From Octopus vulgaris (taxonomy: Eukaryota): a stretch of 64,000 nt of DNA. Shown here piece after piece: positions 54,519 through 64,000 of the stretch. A program made the position numbers and the translations under genes. Below the pieces are notes generated by a model, which was not told where the DNA came from, searched no databases, and worked only from the letters and a program-made list of their open reading frames with translations. The stretch covers positions 12,400,001-12,464,000 of the forward strand of contig OX597830.1 of the NCBI GenBank assembly GCA_951406725.2, given 5' to 3'. Within the stretch, counting starts at the first letter, position 1. Each line of letters opens with the position of its first letter.

Positions 54519-54664
54519 GTTCCATTTAATACGAGGATTCTTCCTTTTTGCACAGGAGTCCTTACTGGTAAGAGATAGAAATAATGTCTCCCTGTTAACA
54601 TTGTCTACAACGGCAAGCTGGCAGCCTTGCTTCGTTATATGTCATTACTTGAGTCGAGATATTG

Positions 54665-55070
54665 TTTAATTTGTTACAATGGTTTGGCTGCAGCCATGCT
54701 GGAGCACCACCTTTAGTCGAGCAAATCGACCTCAGGACCTATTTTTGTAAGCTTAGTACTTGTTCTATCGGTCTCTTAGGCCGAACCGCTAAGTTACGGG
54801 GACGTAAGCACACCAGCATCGGTTATCAAGCGATGCTGGGGGACAAACACAGATACAAACACACACACACACACGCATACATACATACATACATACATAC
54901 ATACATACATACATACACACACATATATATACGACGGGCTTCTTTCAGTTTCCGTCTATCAAATCCACTTACAAGGCTTTGGTAGGCCCGAGGCTTTAGT
55001 AGAAGACACTTGCCCAAGGCGGCACGAAGTGGACTGAACCCGGAACCATGTGGTTGGTAGCAAGCTACTT
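54665..55070 (-). mobile_element. Family B SINE
   Basis: Matches 4540-4947. Confidence 0.85.
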
Positions 55071-55560
55071 TATTTCATTAAGATTTACCATAAGGGCATT
55101 ACAAAGAGTAGCTTGCGGGCTGGACATATACATTAGGGAGGAGAATGATGAAACAAAGATGATATTGATGATAGAAGGCAGAAAAACGCCCGCCGATTTT
55201 CTGCATCTCTAAAACATTGTCCCCTTTTCCCAACAGAAACGACAGTTTTTACAGTTATTGGACTTAATAATCCATTACAAATATATACAATAAATTATTC
55301 AATATATACACAATCTATAAGAACAATCCTCTTCATTTGAGCCTGCAAGCAAATGACCCGCCGCCGCCTGGTAGTACTATCGCACCCCACGACGCCCGTT
55401 GCCAGACTGATGCCTGAGGGTCGCATCAAGTAGTTTCTAGCGGCGGAATCCCTGAACTATAATGGGCTTGTCCCACAGAGAACATTTCTGCTTTCTTTTG
55501 GGTACCCCATCGTGTACACACACACACACACACACGTATATATATATATGTGTGTGTGTG

Positions 55561-55603
<43 letters not shown>

Positions 55604-55625
55604 GTTATGTATATGTATGTGTGTG

Positions 55626-55656
<31 letters not shown>

Positions 55657-56143
55657 ATATATATATCCTTTAACACATTTTATGATTCATTACAATTGTC
55701 TTTTTTACTAACTCGAAGTGAAAAAGTTATGTAATATTTGCAGTTTTAGATATTAAAAGGGATACTGCATCAGACCTGCATCAAAGGTGCCCTCTTATAT
55801 TGTGCACATTCCCAGAGAGGTGAAGGGGTTTGAGAAGACAAAAATGACAATTATTGATGTGGTAAAACACCCAAACCGATATTGAAGAGGCTGAAAGATA
55901 TTAGAACTGAAGCTCGCATTAAGCAGAACTACAAAAAGTTTTTCTCATGTGTATCGCTCCCGTGGAAAACCCTATCAGCCTAAAAATATCTGAATCCTTG
56001 AAAATCTTTCAAAACCGCAGATATTTCATCAAATTCTTGACGCAATTTCCTATTCTAATGAAGACAGATATTGCAATACACAGATAAAGTGGAAAATGAT
56101 AAGTGTAGAAATGCCTAAAAATTAATTATATATTAATTATACA

Positions 56144-56370
56144 GGGCGGCGAGCTGGCAGAGACGTTAGCACTCCGGGAGAAATGCGTATCCGTATTTCG
56201 TCTGCCGTTACGTTCTGAGTTCAAATTCCGCCGAGGTCGACTTTGCCTTTCATCCTTTCGGGGTCGATAAATTAAGTACCAGTTACATACTGGGGTCGAT
56301 ATAATCGACTTGATCCGTTTGTCTGTCCTTGTTTGTCCCCACTGTGTTTAGCCCCTTGTGGGTAGTAAAA
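56144..56370 (+). mobile_element. Family A SINE, ~100 nt into the intron after the HD exon
   Basis: Full copy; aaaattaattata on both sides. Confidence 0.88.
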
Positions 56371-56472
56371 AATAATAAAAATTAATTATATTTAAGAATG
56401 TTCAATCTGAAGATAAAACATCATTTGAAATCTCTATGGTGAAATAGAAGGAAAATAAATCGTACGACTTAC

Positions 56473-56582
56473 TTATGTTGGAAAGCGTTGTTCGTTCCTC
56501 GGTGATCCAAATCATGGCAAAGACAGGCGACTATGAGGGCTAAAACTTCTTTCTCACTTAACTGCTTCTGAATACGGGATGT
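56473..56582 (-). CDS. PDE11A: PDE11A-like exon: [36 protein letters not shown](K)
   Basis: 110 bp, phase 0 to 2, donor gtaagt. [10 protein letters not shown] PDEase signature (also in ORF 56469..56651). The acceptor is ttggaag; an in-frame CAG lies 15 nt further in. Confidence 0.93.
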
Positions 56583-56999
56583 CTTCCAAAAATCAAGAAA
56601 ATATACGAAATAGTTTGAAGAGTAATAAAGCAAACAACATCTGATACTCAACTCTTCTCTAAGTACATTTCTGTTATATCTATATGTGTATGTGAAATGG
56701 AATAGATAAGTAAATAGATAGACAGAACTAGATAGACAGATAGCCAGTAAAAAGAGACAGATGATAAAACCAGACAGGTGATAAAACCAGACAGGTGATA
56801 AAACCAGACAGGTGATAAAAACACAGTTGTATGGCGTAAAAAATTGTTTACATTTTAACTAATGATTGATGAAATATGTTCGAAGTGTGTTAAATAATTA
56901 AATTATATAAATTTCTTAATTGAGTTTCCGTGCAAAAGCAAAATCTCAAAAACAGGTTCTCTGAGGAAATGTCAATTCTTGGCAGAACCCCTTTCTGTT

Positions 57000-57540
57000 T
57001 GTGAACGTTCCTGACATTTTCTCATTCATACATTTAACAGTTAAGCTGATGATACAAAGATATCACAGGTAGATAAAAACTCTGAGACAAAACAATATGG
57101 AGTAAAATTGGAATGCAATATACAAGTGGGCTGAAAAATACATTATTCAGTTCAATGAAGACTAATTCAAGCGTCCCACTATCAATAAATAAACAGTGCG
57201 ATTAGAACACACATGGCCAGAGTTATTGCAATGACATAGTCACTATAAGTGCATTATCTGGGAATCTGTAAGAATAATGATGCAACATTCTCTGTGAATT
57301 TAATGTAATGGCAAAAATAGGCAGGCGATTGGCTGGATTTTGAAATCATTCAGAATAAGAAAAAAGGAAACGATGTTGTTTCTTGTGGAGAATATTTCTT
57401 CTCAGTCGCCCGGACTGCTACGTCAAAACTAACAGCGGGACACGGTGTCATCCTGAACTCTTACAGCAAGAATCTTGCGTCAGTGAAGTTGATGAGCTCA
57501 AGAAACATTCAAGTAAATCTTTATCTATGGCAGCATATGA
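57000..57540 (+). mobile_element. Highly degraded CR1/L2-group LINE RT 3' fragment
   Basis: ADDTKISQ...YKWAEK...FNED; parallels 39930-40500. Confidence 0.55.
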
Positions 57541-57678
57541 TCCAACAACACGGCATTCTTGATGATGTTTTATATCATATGGTATATTACGATATATCAC
57601 AAACTACCTTACTAACTATGAAATTAATAATCTTTAATATTAATGAAAACACTATCAAGTAGATTACACTATCAAGTA

Positions 57679-57841
57679 GGCGCAGGAGTGGCTGTGTGGT
57701 AAGTAGCTTGCTAACCAACCACATGGTTCCGGGTTCAGTCCCACTGCGTGGCACCTTGGGCAAGTGTCTTCTACTATAGCCCCGGGCCGACCAATGCCTT
57801 GTGAGTGGATTTGGTAGACGGAAACTGAAAGAAGCCTGTCG

Positions 57842-57880
<39 letters not shown>

Positions 57881-58090
57881 TTGTGTGTCTGTGTTTGTAC
57901 CCCTAGCATTGCTTGACAACCGATGCTGGCGTCTTTATGTCCCCGTCACTTAGCGGTTCGGCAAAAGAGACCGATAGAATAAGTACTGGGCTTACAAAGA
58001 ATAAGTCCTTGGGTCTAGTTGATCGACTAAAGGCGGTGCTCCAGTATGGCCGCAGTCAAATGACTGAAACAAGTAGAAGAGAAAAGAGAG
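57679..58090 (+). mobile_element. tRNA-derived SINE (family B), full length
   Basis: A box tggctgtgtgg, B box gggttcagtcc, internal TA/TG tract. Confidence 0.88.
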
Positions 58091-58783
58091 ATAGTACATA
58101 TGAAAGGAAACTGTATTCTTCGTTTCATTCATTAACTGAAGTAGGTTCTCTGAATATATCATTAGGTGTTTGGCAAAGTTCCAGTAGCTGTATTATCTTA
58201 ACCAGCAATACAAAATTGATTACAGTATTATTACCACTGGCAGAGATTCATATTTGGTAAAGCAACTAATTCAGTTTTCTTGGAACGTAAAGTGTCAAAT
58301 ATCCTAACCTTCATTTTGATCTCTTGTATAATCTCCTGAAGCTTAAGTATATATATGTATATATTGTTGTATTTCGGAATGGTCATTTTGCCAGTTTAGC
58401 CAATAAAAACACACGCACTATATATTTGGTGTTACTTTGCATCAGCGTTATTTATTTTTTACATTAATCTTATTCATATTTCTGCCAGAGTTCTTTCGTC
58501 ACATAATTGTTTATAATTTTCACCTTTAAAGGCATTTCAATATGCAGGTCACCTGATGAAATTTCAGAAATAAAATTTATCCTATTTTAGAAGTAAATTT
58601 ATTATCATTCACTTCAGGACAGGTAACCACTCTAAGTTGTGGTTCCTGACCGACCACACGTGTGCTGAGGCTCGCTACGGAATTTTATATTTAGATATAA
58701 CTGGAGTACATATGTGTACGCATGGCTTTTGCTTCTGTTTTTTTTCCATTGGTACTTGTAACTATTTCATTTATTTCTTAACG

Positions 58784-58848
58784 TATTTTCTACTGATGAG
58801 GGGAAAATCCGTTCGATTAATCCCGAAATTGATTCAATATAGAGAATA
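58784..58848 (+). ncRNA. Type I hammerhead ribozyme fold, apparently intact
   Basis: Stem I tattttcta/tagagaata (9 bp), CTGATGA 58793-58799, stem II gggg...tccc, GAAA 58825-58828, stem III attg/caat with att loop, AUA cleavage triplet (after 58839). Confidence 0.8.
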
Positions 58849-58990
58849 ATTCCATTAGCTTGCTTTCTTCGATTTCAGCAGAACGTGTATTCTTAGTGAT
58901 GTATAGTGTATGTAGTGATCGACGATTTAAATTCTATTTCTCAGCATATTGGCAGAGACAATTTTTTTCTTTTGCCCTTATTTATAACTG

Positions 58991-59050
<60 letters not shown>

Positions 59051-59089
59051 AGAATTAAGATATAAACTGAAATTAAGCAATCATACTCG

Positions 59090-60715
59090 TGCATATATAA
59101 AAGGTGCATATGTAGTTTGTTCTTAGTGCTTGCTCTTGGGCAGCACATATTAGAGCCTCCGTTTCCGGTTTTAAATCACTTTTAGTCTTCCACAGCCATC
59201 CTTTTTCTCTGTCTTATTTTCAACATATCTATGAAGTTGTCCATGCATTCTTTTCTTTACCCACCTATTTTTAGTTTCATTTGTTTTCAATTGCTTGTAC
59301 AGTGCTTTATCTTTGCAACCTTTCATCCTAAACAGGCCTGACTTTCTTACTTCTAATAAAAGCGGTTCTGTGGCATTTTTTTACACACCATGCTATGTTA
59401 TTTTCTTCTGTTCTAATGCTGTGATCGCATCCAATAAGTCTTCCTCCCCCTCTTTTTCTTGGAACATGCAGTCTGTCTGTGTCACTTTTTGGCTGGAGTG
59501 TCCCATATCTAGTTAGCAACTTCCTTGTCTTTCTGTCTAAGCTGTTTAGTTCGTCATGCGATTACCCCTGCTCCATATTTAAGGAGTGAAACCTCCCAAT
59601 TGTTTATAGCTTCAGTCTTATTCCGTCCGTTTAATTTCGACTTAAGGATCAGTCTCAGTCTGCACAAGTACGCTACCTTAAATTTTTCTGTCATTTCTTT
59701 CTCCATCAATTTATCCATTTCCAGCATCCCCAAGTACTTATAGCCTGCCTCTTCCATCTGCTTCATAACTTCCCCCGTTAGCCCGTCCATACATTTGATT
59801 TTACCTCTCTTCAAGACTAACACACCACACTTTCTCGGTGCGAACTCCATTCTGATATCAGCGCTGAAAGTATACACCATATCAATGAGGGAACTGACTT
59901 GGGTTTCATCTTTACTATGAAGTTTGAGGTCACACATGAATAACAAATGGTTGACTTTTTGTTGGCGGCTTTTGAATACATACCCAGCGTTTGCTTTCTT
60001 CAGAATCAGTGTTGGTCGTATCAAGCACAGTACAAAGATCAGTGGGGACAGGTAGTCTCCTTGGAAGATGCCTATCCTGATTTCTACTGTCCCAAAACTC
60101 TTACGTATGCTGTCAGGTACGTCCTCCAATTCGTTATACTTTTTCCAAGCAATCGCTCAAAATTCGATGCAATAACAAATAGGTTCATACATTCCATAAT
60201 CCAAGAATAGGGGATCATATCGTACATCTTACGATAATCGATCCATGACATGGCTAAGTTACTTTTCCTCCTCTTGCAGTCTCTAAGTACAATTTTGTCT
60301 GCCAGGAGTTGATCCTTGGTACCTCTGCATTCACGCTTGGAATCCTTCTGCTCATGTGGCAGGACTCCACTTTTTTCCTGATGTTCCTACATTGACTCTG
60401 CGATTATTCCAGTCAATAACTTCCACATAAGTGGCAAGCAGGATATCAGCCTGTAATTGTCTATCGTATTTCCTTTTTCGATGTTTTTCAAGCACCGTAC
60501 TCTCCTACCCAATGTCAACCATTCTAGTGGTATTTGGTCGGCATTTCAGATGGTGTTGAGGTGCACAGCTATTCGTGCATGACATTCACCAAATCTTTTG
60601 ATCCAGTAGCCTCGAAGTCCATCTGGTCCCAGGAGCTTCCAGTTGCTAATTTTTTTTTGCTGATTTCCTTCACTTCCCTAACCCAAATGACCAGTTCTGC
60701 CTGGTTTGGACAGAC

Positions 60716-60716
<1 letters not shown>
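59090..60716 (-). mobile_element. R4/Dong-like retrotransposon RT region, disrupted, abutting (TAA)n
   Basis: [81 protein letters not shown]. Confidence 0.88.
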
Positions 60717-60775
<59 letters not shown>

Positions 60776-60860
60776 TATTATTATTATTATTATTATTAAT
60801 AATAATATTATTATTATCATCGTTATTATCATTATTGTTATTATTATGATTATTATTATG

Positions 60861-60927
<67 letters not shown>

Positions 60928-60943
60928 TCATCATTATTATTAC

Positions 60944-61002
<59 letters not shown>

Positions 61003-61025
61003 TGTGTTATTACTATCATTATTAT

Positions 61026-61104
<79 letters not shown>

Positions 61105-61610
61105 ATTTAGATGCTTTATTGCGTGACTTTAGAAATTCATGTGCAATCCCTTCCATGTTATTTTATTTGTACCATTTGGAATGTTCCACAGAGTACACGT
61201 AGACAATAAAATAAAACTCGAAGGTTTGTTTATAAGATATTTACTTACACCATTTTACGGGCGTTTCATCAACACAAAATGATTATTAGTTACATAGAGA
61301 AAATTGCATAATGATGAGTGATTGTTAAAACATCAGAGACGTGTAACTTTCATACATAACATCATTGTATAGCAGAAATGTTAACCGACTCATCTTTCAG
61401 AAGGTAGGAGAGGAGCTGTCAACATTTCTACAATCCAGTACTGTTATGTATGAAAATTACGTCTCTGATGATTTGACAATATCTCTTGATAATGTAACTA
61501 ACATTGCGTAACTAAGAATTGTCTTATGTTAATGAAATATTCTTAAGATGGCGTAATATCTCATAACATTCTCTCGTGTTTTTTAACTTCTCCCTCTCTC
61601 ATTCACACAC

Positions 61611-61675
<65 letters not shown>

Positions 61676-61940
61676 ACATACATACATATATATATATATA
61701 TCGGCGGATATATACATGTACATATATACGTGTGCATGTGTGTGTGTATGTATGTATACATATGTATATATGTACATGTATATCTATGTATGTATGTATG
61801 TTTGTATGTATAAAACAATAGCATATATAATAAAGTACTCAAAGTAACGGAGTATATATATATATATATCAATGGAAAGGATGAGATATTTAGACTAGTA
61901 ACTAATGATAGTCTTCTTTAAAATTTTTTCGAACACTTAC

Positions 61941-62048
61941 CTTTACGATAGAAAACATCACCTGGCACACGTTAAAGGCATGTCTCCAGTTGTGATATGC
62001 AACATTTCTGTAATTCTTTCTGATTGTCAGTAGCCAACGGCACAATGT
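61941..62048 (-). CDS. PDE11A: PDE11A-like phosphodiesterase, coding exon (first visible in window): TLCRWLLTIRKNYRNVAYHNWRHAFNVCQVMFSIVK
   Basis: Hand translation. 108 bp, acceptor ctttctccacag, donor gtaagt. Contains the YHNWRH metal-binding motif of class I PDE catalytic domains and closely resembles vertebrate PDE11A as I recall it. Confidence 0.93.
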
Positions 62049-62409
62049 CTGTGGAGAAAGAAACCATTAAAACATATATTTGAAAATTGATAGAAAATAC
62101 TATGAATGGTTAGAGTAGCCTAGAATGGTTGAAGTAACCTCTATTGCAGAAAGATGTTCAGTTATTTAGTTAAATTTTCGTTACAATTTAGTTAGGATAC
62201 ACACCACCTTTAATCCTTACTCCAGGTATGTTGGAGGGAGTGGGGATAAAAATCCATCGAAATCTAGTACTATTTAACGTTGATTGTAATGTACCACTGT
62301 CAGGTACCATTATAGATTAAATGGAATTTAATAGAGTCCAAATGGTGCGGCAGCAATCATTGCTACATTTACTACTACCGTTACGGCTGTGATTACTGCT
62401 GCATTTACA

Positions 62410-62790
62410 ATACCACTGCCGTTACTACTGCATTTACTACTGCCGTTACTACTTCAATTATTACTGCCATTACTGTTGCAATTACTACTGCCGTTACTAC
62501 TTCTATTACTACTGCCGTTACTACTGCATTTACTACTGCCGTTACTACTTCAATTACTACTGCCGTTACTACTTCAATTACTACTGCCGTTACTACTGCA
62601 TTTACTACTGTCGTTACTACTGCAATTACTACTGCCGTTACTACTTCAATTACTACTGCCGTTACTACTGCATTTACTACTGCATTTACTACTGCCGTTA
62701 CTACTGCAATTACTACTGCCTTACTACAGCAATTACTACTGCTGTTACAGCTGCAATTACTACTGCCTTACTACTGCCATTACTACAGCC
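62410..62790. repeat. Minisatellite of 12-bp units (ttactactgccg / ttactactgcat / ttactacttcaa)
   Basis: Direct inspection; alternating units give a 24-bp higher-order period. Confidence 0.9.
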
Positions 62791-63219
62791 GTTACTGCTG
62801 TATTTACCACTGCCATTACTGCTGCATTTCCTACTGTTGTAACTGCTGCAATTATATCTCGATCTTCAGCTGCAGTCACAGCTGCAAGCATCACTTTTAT
62901 ATGGCTGTTATTGCTGATTAGCTCAAGGTAAGCCCACATCTATGAGCCCTACTCTAAATGAAGGCTTGATCTTCATTTTGCACAGCCATGATTGCGTTGT
63001 TAAATTTAACCCTTTTCGAAGTACCACATGAAGCTCATCAGGTTTCTTGGCTGTTCCAATGCTTCAGCCCCATAATAACCTGCAGTAGAATGTTTCGAGG
63101 TACCTTAAAAACTTTACAGGTTAAAACCTGTATAACCTGGTGCGATAAGAATGAGGCAGTATGCATGCTTCTTATTTATATTTATGGACTGATTTAAATT
63201 TGTTTTTACCATTTCTTAA

Positions 63220-63565
63220 CACCTCAGATAAAATGCTTAACGGCATTTCGTTTGTCTATATGTACTGATTTCAAATTCCGCCGAGGTCGACTTTGCTTTT
63301 CATCCTTTCGGGGCTGGTAAAATAAGTACCAGATGAGTGCTGAGGTCGATGTAATCGATTAAACCCTATTCTCAGATTATTGGTCTTGTACCAAAGTTTA
63401 AAACCAATATTTATATTTTCTTATGGCGGCGAACTGGCAGAATTGTTAGCACACGCGGGAAAAATCTTTAACGATAAAATAAGTATCAGTTGAGCACTGG
63501 GATCAATGTCATCGACTTACCGCTGTTTCGAAACCACCGGCTTTGTGCCTAAATTTGAAACCAAT
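63220..63565 (+). mobile_element. Family A SINE copies (one internally deleted)
   Basis: Core ccgccgaggtcgactttgcttttcatcctttcgggg. Confidence 0.8.
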
Positions 63566-64000
63566 TTATACTTTTCTACATTGTGCTTTTGTTCAAAAAG
63601 CCATTTGAGATTAAAGTTACAAAGCAAGAAAACGTATTATCTGAAGAACAAAACAAATTCTAAATACTAAGAGTAACTTTATACTTCGATGTTGTTTTAT
63701 GCCTCACTGCTCTGCAAAACTGTTTAAAAGCATAGTGGATAAAGGGAAAATACTCTTGCTGAAACACATTAATATGTTATGGGTTACGCAAGATTTTAAA
63801 ATCATAAATTCAGGCATCCACTGTGCTACGAATACCTCCGGTCAGTAATTTCGCCATTAGTTATTTTGTAAATGTTTTTATTTTTTTGTAAATATTTTGT
63901 TAATTTTTCAAGAGTAGTATTTTTTATCTCCCTTGTATCTGTTCAAGTTCAATAACTGTTGTCGATTAAGTCGACTATACTCTCAAACTGCCTTAGTTTG

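Noticed and set aside
58553-58575. CTGATGA...GAAA
   Set aside because: No proper stem II, III or I.
62990-63110. Possible upstream PDE exon or hammerhead on the minus strand
   Set aside because: The translation does not resemble PDE and looks more like a decayed RTE-type LINE piece; the stems do not close.

Overview
AT-rich, microsatellite-laden eukaryotic (animal) DNA. The SINE families and repeat landscape look like an octopus/cephalopod genome (my inference from repeat content, not a database result). The only host gene I can support is the 3' half of a PDE11A-like cyclic-nucleotide phosphodiesterase on the minus strand. It has 8 phase-consistent GT-AG coding exons from 62048 down to a TAG stop at 11292, encoding most of the catalytic domain; upstream exons were not found and presumably lie beyond the window end. 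The introns and downstream region hold at least four tRNA-derived SINE families, Tc1/mariner relics, a GG..CC-ended MITE family with 8-bp TSDs and internal TTAGGG, R4/Dong-, CR1/L2- and Penelope-like retroelement relics, and a Helitron fragment. The most striking hidden structure is a set of sequence-unrelated minimal type I hammerhead ribozyme folds (CUGANGA...GAAA...NUH), several embedded in foldback inverted repeats as in Penelope-like pLTRs. The intact folds are mostly antisense to the PDE pre-mRNA, and the one intact sense-strand copy is preceded in the transcript by its own antisense copy. Most ORFs in the supplied track are microsatellite or transposon artefacts.
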